From an uncultured virus (IMG/VR IMGVR_UViG_3300043429_001189) (taxonomy: Duplodnaviria > Heunggongvirae > Uroviricota > Caudoviricetes): a stretch of 64,000 bases of DNA. The stretch covers positions 1 through 64,000 of IMG/VR virus record IMGVR_UViG_3300043429_001189. One strand, written 5' to 3'. A program made the position numbers and the translations under genes. Positions within the stretch are counted from its first letter, which is position 1. Every line of letters starts with the position of its first letter. Under the pieces are notes generated by a model. It ran no database searches, was not told the DNA's origin, and was given only the letters and a program-made list of their open reading frames with translations. Positions 8,563 to 18,079 of the stretch are shown one piece after another.

Positions 8563-9108
8563 TTAATTATCTTTGGAGTTTAAGTGTTTTTTAAGCCATT
8601 TTTTATAGTCTGAAAATGACATTAACCCAACTTTACGATTTGGATCATCTTCTTCAGGGTTAAATACATCGCCTGATCCTACAGAATCTGCTGACGGCGG
8701 TGCTGCATTTCCCATACCAGGAACATTCGAAGGACTTGCGGATATACCAGTGCCAAAATCTCCTTCATTAACGTCTTTTCCGCTAATATAATCTATAAAT
8801 TGTTGAACAACAGGATCTTGTTTATCGCTTGTCATAGAAACCTTTTGAACACCTGCTTGGCTTGCTTGTGTAAACCAAAAGTATGATCCAGTATAATATG
8901 ATCCTAAACTATATTCATCAATTTTTTTAGTTTTTCTTTCAGGCAAATCCTTATGACTTGTTTCAGCAAAATCTTTAAGCTGCTTTAAAGTCATATTGTC
9001 AGCTAAGTCTTTGACTTCTTGACTTGCTTCACTTCTTGGCATGTCTCCTTTTTTAAGAGCGTATGCCATGCCCATTAGTTTTTGTTGTGCTTTTGAAGAT
9101 GCCGGCAT
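8563..9108 (-). CDS. DUF3008-like domain protein
   Basis: N-terminus MPASSKAQQKLMGMAYALKKG...MTLKQLKDFAETSHKDLPE matches the DUF3008 pattern. Confidence 0.7.
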   Translation of the reverse strand: MPASSKAQQKLMGMAYALKKGDMPRSEASQEVKDLADNMTLKQLKDFAETSHKDLPERKTKKIDEYSLGSYYTGSYFWFTQASQAGVQKVSMTSDKQDPVVQQFIDYISGKDVNEGDFGTGISASPSNVPGMGNAAPPSADSVGSGDVFNPEEDDPNRKVGLMSFSDYKKWLKKHLNSKDN

Positions 9109-9110
9109 AA

Positions 9111-9458
9111 TTACGATATTTGATTCATTATAGCTGAATGCACCCGTGAGCCTAAACCAGATAAACGGTAAGTCTTTGATCCATTCTTTTCAGATATTTT
9201 AAAATATCTAGTGTTTTTATTAATCCATTTTCTGCTGGTGGCCCCACCTGTTTCTTCATTCATACCAGCTATAAATTCCATAAGCTCTTCATGTGTCACT
9301 TCACCTGATTCTTTAACAAATGAAAGAATTTTTTCGCGAATAGGCGCAACTGAAGAAATTTCCATTTTAGGATATTTATCAGTATATCTTCTTTTAATTG
9401 TTAACTTTTCCTCATTAATAAATTCATCAAAAGAAAGCGTATGTCTTTCGTTAGTCAT
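9111..9458 (-). CDS. Hypothetical protein, possible winged helix, with CTS-like leader
   Basis: HTLSFDEFINE leader. The C-terminal helices and KTYRLSGLG resemble a wing. Confidence 0.55.
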   Translation of the reverse strand: MTNERHTLSFDEFINEEKLTIKRRYTDKYPKMEISSVAPIREKILSFVKESGEVTHEELMEFIAGMNEETGGATSRKWINKNTRYFKISEKNGSKTYRLSGLGSRVHSAIMNQIS

Positions 9459-9492
9459 AAATTAATTTTATTTTTATCTTTTTATATATCAA

Positions 9493-11226
9493 TTAATTAT
9501 AAAAAAATTTGTCAAAAGACGATTTAATTTGTGTCCAATAAGGATGTACGCATTCCGGTGTTAAATTCTTAAACTCTTTTAAATTATCTTCAGTTAAACA
9601 TTTTTGCAATTTAGATATTGCTTTATTATTTATTTTTTGAATCTGAACAGGTTTGTTTTCTTTAGAAAAATAAATAGTCTTAAGCCCATCTTGTTCGGAT
9701 TTTAGATCATTAAAACTTTGTTCTGTTGCAATGATTACGGGTTCATATTTGGGTCTTAATGAATCCAATATTTTTTTAAAGAAAGGACGATCCATTATTT
9801 TATAATCTATCAGAAGTTCATCGTTATCTTGTAACAATGAATTAACAATCTTTTCTTTATTGTCTTCATCAGATCCATACATTTTTTCAGCCAAAGAATT
9901 GCTATGTATTAACAAAATTTTGTGGCCATTTAATTTTTTAAGTCTATCAGCTTCCTCAATAACATCTTTTGTCAACAAATTAAAATTTGTTATAATAACA
10001 TTTACCGGTGTTTTTCCAACGGTTTCATTCTTTCTAAGACTAAAAAATCTAGTAAGTAAACTTACAGCTTTAACATAATCCGCAGCCGATTCATCGTTTA
10101 AATTATTTTCTAAGCTTTCAGTTTTTTCTTCTTTAAGTATTGAAGAAAACTCTAAAAATGAAAAATCGCCTCCAGCTAATTTGTTAATTTCTTCAATTTT
10201 TTCGTTAAAAGAATTTGCTACACTTTCGCTAATTAATCCGCTTTTATATTTAGGCTTTTTAAGATTGGTTAAAAATATAGAATATAAATACTCATAATTT
10301 TTATTATTTTCAAGAATCTCTAAAGTTTTGGGATTTTTAATCCATTTTTTGGATAAATTTCCTGACTTACTTAAAAAATCTGGACGTTTTAATCCAGATT
10401 CTAAAAATTCTTGTCCTTTCTGTACAACATATTCATTAAAAATTTCCGAAACTATTTCAATATAAGATTCATCGGGGTTAGCAGATGAAATTTTAATATT
10501 ATTAATAGGGAATGATTCTAAGTGTTCGCAAATGTTTAATAAAACTACATCAAAAAGATGACTACGAGATTCATTTATAATATCTGTATCCTTGCCTAAT
10601 TTGATAAGTTCATTTTCAAATTCAAATATTAATGCTTCAACGTTTCTAAGTTTCTTGTTAAGAAACCCTTGTGTATAAATTTCTGATTCTGTTAATAATA
10701 AACTGTTATTTCCTATTAAAGAATTAATAGTTTCTTCGGATAATTTTCCTTCAAATACAGGTTTTGCGTAATCAACTTTAAAAAGCTGCGACCATCTTTC
10801 AAAAACCGTAGTATCTTTAACTTCATTAATTACATCAAATTTGTTATTTCTTACAGTAATGTCTGTTAATATTAATCCGTTCTTTGGTGTTTTTTCATAT
10901 TCTGTAACCAAAGGCATGTTTGAAGGAAACCAAGAAAACCCAAATCTATGTCTAACAGGTATGGATTTTTTTAATTCGTATGGAAGATTTTCAATATAAT
11001 CAATAGCAGACTCATATAAATCACTTATTGTACGATCTATGCGTGATAATGGAACTTTTCCATTTTTTCCGTAAAATTGAAACTTATATGTTTTAGGATT
11101 TTTTTCAAATGAAAACCGAAAAGCATCAAATTTTTCAGTCACGCGCACTTCTTGTGAAAGAATTTGCTTTGCTTTATCCTGACCGTATTTATTTACAAAA
11201 GTGTTAAAATTTTTTATTCCTGCCAT
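9493..11226 (-). CDS. RNA-ligase-like (KxDG-type) domain fused to a degenerate HIGH-type nucleotidyltransferase-like domain
   Basis: VTEKFDA motif I variant near the N-terminus, PVFEGKL and VEALIF. The C-terminal PVNVIITNFNLLTK aligns by eye with VVFFPGRFQPFHKGH but lacks HxGH. Confidence 0.55.
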   Translation of the reverse strand: MAGIKNFNTFVNKYGQDKAKQILSQEVRVTEKFDAFRFSFEKNPKTYKFQFYGKNGKVPLSRIDRTISDLYESAIDYIENLPYELKKSIPVRHRFGFSWFPSNMPLVTEYEKTPKNGLILTDITVRNNKFDVINEVKDTTVFERWSQLFKVDYAKPVFEGKLSEETINSLIGNNSLLLTESEIYTQGFLNKKLRNVEALIFEFENELIKLGKDTDIINESRSHLFDVVLLNICEHLESFPINNIKISSANPDESYIEIVSEIFNEYVVQKGQEFLESGLKRPDFLSKSGNLSKKWIKNPKTLEILENNKNYEYLYSIFLTNLKKPKYKSGLISESVANSFNEKIEEINKLAGGDFSFLEFSSILKEEKTESLENNLNDESAADYVKAVSLLTRFFSLRKNETVGKTPVNVIITNFNLLTKDVIEEADRLKKLNGHKILLIHSNSLAEKMYGSDEDNKEKIVNSLLQDNDELLIDYKIMDRPFFKKILDSLRPKYEPVIIATEQSFNDLKSEQDGLKTIYFSKENKPVQIQKINNKAISKLQKCLTEDNLKEFKNLTPECVHPYWTQIKSSFDKFFYN

Positions 11227-11288
11227 TTCTTTTTGGGCTTTTGGTTTTTTCTTTTACCTGTTATCTATATATCATATTGAGAAATTCA

Positions 11289-12422
11289 TTAAACTACTTG
11301 TCTAAATTCAATAGATTGTAAATCAAACAACAATGATACATCTGTTGCACTAAATCCAGTGTTCCATATTGCTAAACTATTAAATCGAACAGGCACATAT
11401 GTTGTAGCATCCATAATAAAACATTCCTCTGTATTTCCTATTTCAATTGTTTGATATGTAGTACTGCTTTGAAAATCTCCACTTACATATAAAGCATATC
11501 CGTATTCCGAACTATTTGTTAAAACAATATTTGCCCAGTTTACTGGAACCGAACCAAGTTCAGCTGATAGATTAACATTGCCCGCTCCGCCAGGGTTTAA
11601 ATTACAAGAAACGCCTACAATACCTGAACCTTCGTCAGCAAGACTGATTGATATAGCATTACCTACATCATCTAAAAAACTAAATAATTTTGCACCAGCA
11701 TTAATAGCTGCAACTCTTACCCATATACTAATTGTAAAACTTGTACTTGTTTTAAGTAAATCAGTAACTCCAGTATCAATATACCCTCTTTCTTGCGCGT
11801 CAGTACCAAAGTCCAAAAACCAAGGTAATTCAGTAGGTGCGGATGGATGCCATCCATAAAGACCGACAGGTGAACCTGATACTGCTTGCACAAAAGACCA
11901 TGCATAATTATTTAAGCTTAAATCTTTTCCACTTCCGTATATTTGATAGTCGGTTGATAAACTTGGAGGAACACATAACCATTGATTAACGTCAAAAAAA
12001 TAAGATAAGTTTCCTATTTTTGGTATGGTTTTAAATCTATTAGAAATAACCGTGTCAGTTACAGCAGTTGTCATATACCACTGAATAGCATTAGGAACAG
12101 TTGAATATGTTGCACCTGCTAAATCCGTCGTTCTTATAGGAAAAATTTCATTAACGCCTGTGCCTCCGCTAAAAACAACAATTGACGGCCCTTCAGATGC
12201 TTTATATGAATAAATAGCGCATCCTGCAGTTGACCCAAATTCACCAGGCCCACTTCCTCCGCTTGACGGCGGATCAAGAACAGAATAATATCCAGTTACC
12301 GGAGTTTCACCATAGTCTCTGTATCCTACTCCAAAATTAAAACTATTAAAACGTAATGCATTTGCATCTGTCCCAGCCGCAGTTTCACCGCCTGCTACGC
12401 CATGTATAGGTTTGTCTGGCAT
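11289..12422 (-). CDS. LamG/concanavalin-A-like domain virion protein
   Basis: SFTISIWV, WANIVLT, LYVSG and LAIWNTGFSATDV form a LamG pattern. Confidence 0.75.
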   Translation of the reverse strand: MPDKPIHGVAGGETAAGTDANALRFNSFNFGVGYRDYGETPVTGYYSVLDPPSSGGSGPGEFGSTAGCAIYSYKASEGPSIVVFSGGTGVNEIFPIRTTDLAGATYSTVPNAIQWYMTTAVTDTVISNRFKTIPKIGNLSYFFDVNQWLCVPPSLSTDYQIYGSGKDLSLNNYAWSFVQAVSGSPVGLYGWHPSAPTELPWFLDFGTDAQERGYIDTGVTDLLKTSTSFTISIWVRVAAINAGAKLFSFLDDVGNAISISLADEGSGIVGVSCNLNPGGAGNVNLSAELGSVPVNWANIVLTNSSEYGYALYVSGDFQSSTTYQTIEIGNTEECFIMDATTYVPVRFNSLAIWNTGFSATDVSLLFDLQSIEFRQVV

Positions 12423-12437
12423 ATTTTAAAACTATTT

Positions 12438-12575
12438 TTAGTTATAAATGATAGAAATATAAAAATTATAAGCGTCTTCTTCTTTGCCATAATAATTTTT
12501 ATAATATTCACCATTTTCGGAATATTCAACCCACCAGTTTGAACCGTCAAAATCCATATTCACAAATTTTTTCAT
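12438..12575 (-). CDS. Small hypothetical protein (45 aa)
   Basis: MKKFVNMDFDGSNWWVEYSENGEYYKNYYGKEEDAYNFYISIIYN. Its ATG overlaps the upstream TGA (ATGA) and it fills the gap between the LamG genes. Confidence 0.6.
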   Translation of the reverse strand: MKKFVNMDFDGSNWWVEYSENGEYYKNYYGKEEDAYNFYISIIYN

Positions 12576-13585
12576 AGCCCATAACTATTTTTCATTGCTT
12601 CATATACCGCAGATATTTCAGCATCTGATAACATTCTATTGTAACATAAAACCGCGCCTATTCCTCCATTTGTACATGTGTTGGTATATCCTGTACCTAT
12701 ACGAATTTCACCTGCTGGTACTAATGCAGTATTACTTCGGCATAAAAAATCAGCAACCCAAGGTGTACCGTTTTTACTAGAAAAACCTGTTCTACAAGCA
12801 GTAGTTTTTCCCGTTGATAATTTAACAGCCATCATATTCCAAGCATTAGCTGTTGTTTGTGCAATGGCGCCAGTATCGTAGGTAGGAGTCTTTCTGCTAT
12901 AATAACTAAATGCAGAAGTGGTTTCCCATGTTATAGCAAGTTCTTGTTCATATGAAGCATATATAGTTCCAGCTTTTTCAAAAATAGTCTTTCTTACAGC
13001 TCCTTGTGAACCGTACACCCAAAAAATAACTGTACAGTCTCCACCTAAATCAACAAGATTTGAGTTTGTACTACAATTCCAAAAGCCTGAACCATTAAAA
13101 GCAAATCCTGGATAACCTCCCAAAGATTGAAGCGGAGTTAAAGTATTATTGGAATTAAATTTTAATCCTTGTGCTATATCATACCAAGATGTGCTTCCGC
13201 TATTATAGCTAATTACATTATGAGGCAATAAACACAAAGTTAATCCATCAGTTATAATAGGTTCTATATTAGCGCCTAAAACCATTTTATCATTTTCGGT
13301 GTTAAAATAATTCATACATTCCGAAAAAGTTGTGAATCCCGCACCTGAAATAGAATTTGTTATTCTAATTAGCTCTTCTTCATTAGAAGCAATTCTTATA
13401 GAAGGGCCACCGGATATCCTATTTTGATATACGGCATAACCGCCAGTAGGAGGATCAATTCCATTCCAAAAATTTGTTAAACTAGTCGGGCCTTTTGCTT
13501 GATCTCCAGTTCCAATATAAAAGTTGCCTTTTTTTAACGCATTTGTTTCAGCAACTTCAGCGCTATATTTAATGGCATTTGGCAT
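12572..13585 (-). CDS. LamG/concanavalin-A-like domain virion protein
   Basis: IITDGLTLCL...SYNSGSTSWYDI and IGAVLCYNRMLSDAEI. Its N-domain is paralogous to that of 11289..12422. Confidence 0.8.
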   Translation of the reverse strand: MPNAIKYSAEVAETNALKKGNFYIGTGDQAKGPTSLTNFWNGIDPPTGGYAVYQNRISGGPSIRIASNEEELIRITNSISGAGFTTFSECMNYFNTENDKMVLGANIEPIITDGLTLCLLPHNVISYNSGSTSWYDIAQGLKFNSNNTLTPLQSLGGYPGFAFNGSGFWNCSTNSNLVDLGGDCTVIFWVYGSQGAVRKTIFEKAGTIYASYEQELAITWETTSAFSYYSRKTPTYDTGAIAQTTANAWNMMAVKLSTGKTTACRTGFSSKNGTPWVADFLCRSNTALVPAGEIRIGTGYTNTCTNGGIGAVLCYNRMLSDAEISAVYEAMKNSYGL

Positions 13586-14460
13586 TAACTTGGTAAAGGT
13601 AATTTTGCATCTTCCAATTTATCAAAAAAATCTTGATAAATTTTTTCTCTTGCTTCAGGATATTTAAAAGCTGTAGAATCAATTAAATCTTTAAGCTTTT
13701 CATATGTATTAATATCATTAGGCGCGTGTTTACCTGTAAATAGCAATTTAACTACTTCTTCGGGAGTATTTGTTATAAATCTATCATAATCTTTTAAAAG
13801 TTGTGCAGTTTTAAGTAATCCTTTTTTACCTTCAAAACTTTTTCTTACTTGCACTATTCCTTGATTTAACCTAACAACATACGATTGAAATTCTGCAGTC
13901 TCTCCGCTTTCAGATTTTTTAGTTACTTCAAAAAAAGATTTTCCAATTGCAGACATTAACAATAAATTTCTGTAAGCTCCTTTATATCTTGATTCAGCAA
14001 TTCTAAAATCAGGTGAATGATATATGAATCTACTCCAGCTTAAATCAGTAGAAAGCATAAAGTCAACTTGTGCGTATCCTTTTGATACAAATCCGCTAAC
14101 AGGCGCTGCTATACTTACTTGATTAAAACCAGGCATCAATTTAGTTTGGTACCCAAGTTTTTTAAGTTCGTCATTTAACGCAAAAAGAGCATTTTGCAAA
14201 GGAACTCCAAAAAAACCTGCAATCTTATCAGCCGATACTGCAATGTCAATATCACCGCTTGTCTGATCAGGAAGTTTTTTACCTGCTGAACCTATAAGAG
14301 CAGCATCTTTATCCAAACCTTCTAATCCTATTTTAGGAAATATTTCTTTTGCTATCCATTTTGCAGTTTCAATTACTTCAGTTTGATTAATAGGGCGAAC
14401 GTCGTCAACAGCATTTCCACTTTCTTTGATGTATTGCTCAAAAAGTTTAACATATTTCAT
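13585..14460 (-). CDS. DNA polymerase beta-superfamily nucleotidyltransferase with CTS-like leader
   Basis: hGS...DxD motif LIGSAGKK...SGDIDIAV with a third Asp in QVDFM. Likely start MKYVKLFEQYIKE at 14460. Confidence 0.8.
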   Translation of the reverse strand: MKYVKLFEQYIKESGNAVDDVRPINQTEVIETAKWIAKEIFPKIGLEGLDKDAALIGSAGKKLPDQTSGDIDIAVSADKIAGFFGVPLQNALFALNDELKKLGYQTKLMPGFNQVSIAAPVSGFVSKGYAQVDFMLSTDLSWSRFIYHSPDFRIAESRYKGAYRNLLLMSAIGKSFFEVTKKSESGETAEFQSYVVRLNQGIVQVRKSFEGKKGLLKTAQLLKDYDRFITNTPEEVVKLLFTGKHAPNDINTYEKLKDLIDSTAFKYPEAREKIYQDFFDKLEDAKLPLPS

Positions 14461-14462
14461 AT

Positions 14463-14699
14463 TTAAGAATTTGTCTTTATCCATGCTTTAATTGCATCTT
14501 CAGCAGCCTTTCGTAATTTTTCTGTGTCTGCAGGACTAAAATCACCAGATTTTATATCCGAGAAAGAATTAGCAACACTTTCCCAAAAAGCATCAAGAGC
14601 ATCTTCGGCTACTTGACTAATTTTTTGCGAGCTGTAATTAATGCCTTCATCTAATGAGTCCTGATTTAAAAAGTTTTTAAATGTTGTAAAATGTTTCAT
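14463..14699 (-). CDS. Small hypothetical protein with CTS-like leader
   Basis: MKHFTTFKNFLNQ...LDE; tightly packed in the operon. Confidence 0.65.
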   Translation of the reverse strand: MKHFTTFKNFLNQDSLDEGINYSSQKISQVAEDALDAFWESVANSFSDIKSGDFSPADTEKLRKAAEDAIKAWIKTNS

Positions 14700-15277
14700 T
14701 GTTTTATGTATTTTTTTAGTTCATCATAATATTTATGCAATTCTTTTGGCATTAATTCATTAAACAAAGCTTTGTCATCATTTCTTAACGCCTGCCTAAC
14801 TTTTGTTCCACTTGGTCCATCTCCTTCTCTTGCATCAACCAATCTAACAGAAAAATTAGCATCAACTGGTGTATCAGTTTTAGGACCTGTTATGTATTCA
14901 ACCTGTCTCTGATAATCCTTCATGCGGTCAGCGCCTGCGCCTAATCCTAAAGGTTCATATCCCAATTCTCTGATGTATTGAACCATTAAAGGAATCACAG
15001 TTTTTTTACCTGTAGGATATATTTGAAAATCTTTAATAAAAGAATTGTTACGAACAACATCTCTAGCCATTTTTTGAAGTAAAGTATCAGGAAAAGGCGA
15101 TTCTTCTTTTGCCGATAATATTTGTAATGCAACAACAGGTTTTCCGAAAATTTCTGAAGTTCTCTTTAAGGCGGCTAAATGACCCTTATGAAAAGGCTGA
15201 AATCTACCAGGAAAAAATACTACCTCATTATTTGAGTTTTCGTTTATAAATGATTCAAATGTTTGAACGTGTCTCAT
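14696..15277 (-). CDS. HIGH-family cytidyl/adenylyltransferase with CTS-like leader
   Basis: PGRFQPFHKGH, GAGADR and SGTKVR. Leader MRHVQTFESFINE. Confidence 0.9.
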   Translation of the reverse strand: MRHVQTFESFINENSNNEVVFFPGRFQPFHKGHLAALKRTSEIFGKPVVALQILSAKEESPFPDTLLQKMARDVVRNNSFIKDFQIYPTGKKTVIPLMVQYIRELGYEPLGLGAGADRMKDYQRQVEYITGPKTDTPVDANFSVRLVDAREGDGPSGTKVRQALRNDDKALFNELMPKELHKYYDELKKYIKQ

Positions 15278-15293
15278 AATATTTTAAATTTTT

Positions 15294-15845
15294 CTATACA
15301 GATATTTTTTTTGTATCCGTAGATCCTATAAAATCTTTTTTAACCATAACTGTGATAATGACAAAAATCAAATTACCTGAATCATTTTTTAGAGCACCTA
15401 TTATGTTTAAAAAATTTTTATCGTTTCTTATCCAATACTTTTGTCCTATCTCATCAATTCCTTTTAGTTGATTGTTTGCAATTTTAGGTAATGCTTTATT
15501 TATTTGATCGACTATATCATTATCTTTTATTTCGTTATCATACCCATGTCTAAACTTTCTTATTTCTGCATGTGTCGTGGTATTTAAAATAACTTTCATA
15601 GGAATTGTACTTTTAATTGCTCCGATATTTCTTTCTATCAATTTTTTATTATCTAATCCATCAATAACCGAAAAACTTAACAATTCTTTATACTGATTTT
15701 CCGCTATTAAATTATTATTACATATTGATTTGATGGTTAGCTTTTCATTATTTATTTCAATAAAATCTTCAACTTGATAATTAGAAAAAAATTCAAATGC
15801 TTCTTGATTTTGGATAAATGATTCAAAAGTTTGAACGTACTCCAT
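15294..15845 (-). CDS. Hypothetical protein with CTS-like leader; C-terminal region possibly RelE/BECR-like
   Basis: MEYVQTFESFI leader and THAEIRKFRH...IITVM pattern. Confidence 0.55.
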   Translation of the reverse strand: MEYVQTFESFIQNQEAFEFFSNYQVEDFIEINNEKLTIKSICNNNLIAENQYKELLSFSVIDGLDNKKLIERNIGAIKSTIPMKVILNTTTHAEIRKFRHGYDNEIKDNDIVDQINKALPKIANNQLKGIDEIGQKYWIRNDKNFLNIIGALKNDSGNLIFVIITVMVKKDFIGSTDTKKISV

Positions 15846-16107
15846 AATATTTTTTTATTTTAACTTTAAGATCAGTAGATCCTTTGATAACCCGATGAAT
15901 TATACCAGCGGGTATATGTATTTTTTTATTGATAGGAATAGGTAATTCATTATCAAATTGAAAAAACCAATCATTTTCATTCAAAGGTTCAACGTCTCTG
16001 TCTTCTTCATCCCAATGCCATTTAAGTTCGCTTTCATCAACGTTGGCATCAAAATGACGAACTAATTCATTGCTATTCACTTTAGATTCATCAAAAGGTT
16101 TAATCAT
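15823..16107 (-). CDS. Cupin-like small protein
   Basis: WHWDEEDR...IHIPAGIIHRVIKG matches a cupin metal-binding pattern. Confidence 0.65.
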   Translation of the reverse strand: MIKPFDESKVNSNELVRHFDANVDESELKWHWDEEDRDVEPLNENDWFFQFDNELPIPINKKIHIPAGIIHRVIKGSTDLKVKIKKYYGVRSNF

Positions 16108-16125
16108 ATATTTTATATATCAAAT

Positions 16126-16172
16126 AAAAAATCCTGCCTTACAATGCAAAAATACAAAGTAAAGCAGGATTT
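16126..16172 (-). terminator. Intrinsic terminator downstream of the small holin-like gene
   Basis: Minus-strand AAATCCTGCTTTAC...GTAAGGCAGGATTT followed by a T run. Confidence 0.65.
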
Positions 16173-16192
16173 GGATTTTTTAATTGATAAAA

Positions 16193-16384
16193 TTAAGCAG
16201 GAGTTTCTTGCTCACTTTTAATTTTAGCAATCACAGACCAAATGCCACCGATAAGTGTAACAAAAGCGCCTGATAGCTCTTCATAAACTCCATTTTCAAC
16301 GTAACCTCTCATTACCAAAATACCGCCGGCAAATGTAAGTACGTGTCTAATGACGCCTAATACTTGTTCTCTTGTGAATTTCAT
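16193..16384 (-). CDS. Small two-TM membrane protein, putative holin
   Basis: LGVIRHVLTFAGGILV...GAFVTLIGGIWS: two hydrophobic segments in 63 aa. Confidence 0.65.
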   Translation of the reverse strand: MKFTREQVLGVIRHVLTFAGGILVMRGYVENGVYEELSGAFVTLIGGIWSVIAKIKSEQETPA

Positions 16385-16420
16385 AGTTTAAAATTTTATT
16401 TTATATATTAAGATTAAAAA

Positions 16421-16960
16421 TTACCAAGGCTCATCACTCTGCAAACCCAATTGCTTGCCAAATAATGAGGGAGCATAACAGCTCCAAAACCCAGGTTTGC
16501 TTGGATCCATTCTGGCCTTTGTGTCACATTGCTGTCTTGCCCAAAAACTTGCAGCTGCTTTTGGGTCATCATTTTTTATGCTTAGTCCGCTGGTATCACC
16601 CCATTCAATTTTTGTAGCTAAGATGTTGCCGTCATCATCTTTTTTCCCACTGTTATGATAAACAAAAAATTTCTTGTCTCCGCCTCTTGTAGGAGTATCA
16701 AGTTCAACATCTAATAGTTTGCCATCATCGGATTTAAACTTTGCCTTTTTTCCTACTTCTAAATTTTTTGTCATCCATGCAGCTTTACCTTTCAATATTA
16801 TGTTGCCTTCATCCCAATATTTTTTGGTTTCCTCAAAAAGATTACGATATGCATCACTTCCTAAACGATACACTGAATTAGTTATATCCAAACCGTTTTC
16901 CATGTGATACCTAAAGCCTTCACTCACAATAAAATCATTAAAATCTTTAACGTATTTCAT
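16421..16960 (-). CDS. Conserved phage protein with CTS-like leader
   Basis: MKYVKDFNDFIVSE leader and C-terminal WGD...SFWARQQCD...FWSC motif. Confidence 0.65.
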   Translation of the reverse strand: MKYVKDFNDFIVSEGFRYHMENGLDITNSVYRLGSDAYRNLFEETKKYWDEGNIILKGKAAWMTKNLEVGKKAKFKSDDGKLLDVELDTPTRGGDKKFFVYHNSGKKDDDGNILATKIEWGDTSGLSIKNDDPKAAASFWARQQCDTKARMDPSKPGFWSCYAPSLFGKQLGLQSDEPW

Positions 16961-16991
16961 TTTGTCATCCAAGTTTGTATTTTTATATTCA

Positions 16992-17444
16992 TCACATTCT
17001 TTCTTTTGTAAATTTTACAAGTTTATTTTTTTCAATGTAATCTTCATACAATTTTGCATTCATTAACGGTTCTTCATATACCATAATGTATCCTTCATCT
17101 TCCCAAAATTGTAAAAATTCTGGTATTTTCTTTTCTAATCCACACGTGAGAGAAAAACTGCTGCTAGGAGGGACTACTCCCAAATCTAAAGCAAGCTGTG
17201 TGCGTTTAAATTTGCCTCTTTCTTCAGTAAAAAGTTTAGGGTAATGCAATTCCATTGGCCACGCAATTGATGAATTGTATTTAAGCTCATTATAAAATGT
17301 TATTGAACAACTTTCAATATTTCGTTTATCACGAGAATAAAGTTTCCACCAGACGTATTTGGCTTTATTATTTTTTCCTTCATTGATTTCAGCATGTTTT
17401 CCGTTTTCTGCTAAATATTTATCAAAATTATATATGTGTTTCAT
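16992..17444 (-). CDS. Hypothetical protein with CTS-like leader
   Basis: Likely start MKHIYNFDKYLAE at 17444, directly after the ferritin stop. Confidence 0.65.
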   Translation of the reverse strand: MKHIYNFDKYLAENGKHAEINEGKNNKAKYVWWKLYSRDKRNIESCSITFYNELKYNSSIAWPMELHYPKLFTEERGKFKRTQLALDLGVVPPSSSFSLTCGLEKKIPEFLQFWEDEGYIMVYEEPLMNAKLYEDYIEKNKLVKFTKERM

Positions 17445-17445
17445 A

Positions 17446-18039
17446 TTAGAAGTATGTTTGTTCAAAGAAAAGTAATTCAAACGGATTTGACGGATTGACT
17501 AACTCAAGCGCGTTTAAATAGTCTGAATATTCTTCAACTTCGCCATTTTGGATATCAACGTATTGTTGTATGAAATTAAAGGTAGCAGGATCTAAGCTAA
17601 CCAAAAACTTTTGATTTTCGGAATACGCATTTAATAAGGTTTCCTCAATCATATAAGCTTTGTTAATAATATCAACTAAACCCGAAAAATTAATTGTGGT
17701 ATGTACTTGCGGAATAACAGGTAAAGCATTCCATTGAGTAATGTAATCTTGTAAACCTTTTGCGTGACCCAATTCGCCTTCCGCTTCTTTGTTAAAAAAA
17801 TCAGCAGCCTTTTTATAATTTGCATTTTTACACCAGTTTGCGGCATTTCTGTAAAAGAAATATGCTGTATATTCATCGCCCAATCTTTCATTTAATAATT
17901 GTTCAACTTCAGGCAAAAGTTTTTTAGGTTTAATAGGTAAAACTGTTGAAGACATACCTATAGAGTGAAAAGATTCGTTAACGCCTGAATCCGCGGGTTT
18001 TTTAGATTTTGAACTTCTAAAAGATGAAAAATTTTCCAT
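17446..18039 (-). CDS. ftn: Non-heme ferritin
   Basis: Ferroxidase residues E...Y (DEYTAYFFY), EGELGH, IEE, Q..E (QNGEVEE). It carries an extra N-terminal extension. Confidence 0.85.
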   Translation of the reverse strand: MENFSSFRSSKSKKPADSGVNESFHSIGMSSTVLPIKPKKLLPEVEQLLNERLGDEYTAYFFYRNAANWCKNANYKKAADFFNKEAEGELGHAKGLQDYITQWNALPVIPQVHTTINFSGLVDIINKAYMIEETLLNAYSENQKFLVSLDPATFNFIQQYVDIQNGEVEEYSDYLNALELVNPSNPFELLFFEQTYF

Positions 18040-18079
18040 TTAAAAAAATTATTTTATGTATTCTTTATACTTATTATAT

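Noticed and set aside
13585..14460. cGAS/CD-NTase (CBASS) call for the Pol-beta NTase
   Set aside because: Only the generic GS-DxD motif is visible, with no adjacent Cap effector or ancillary genes.
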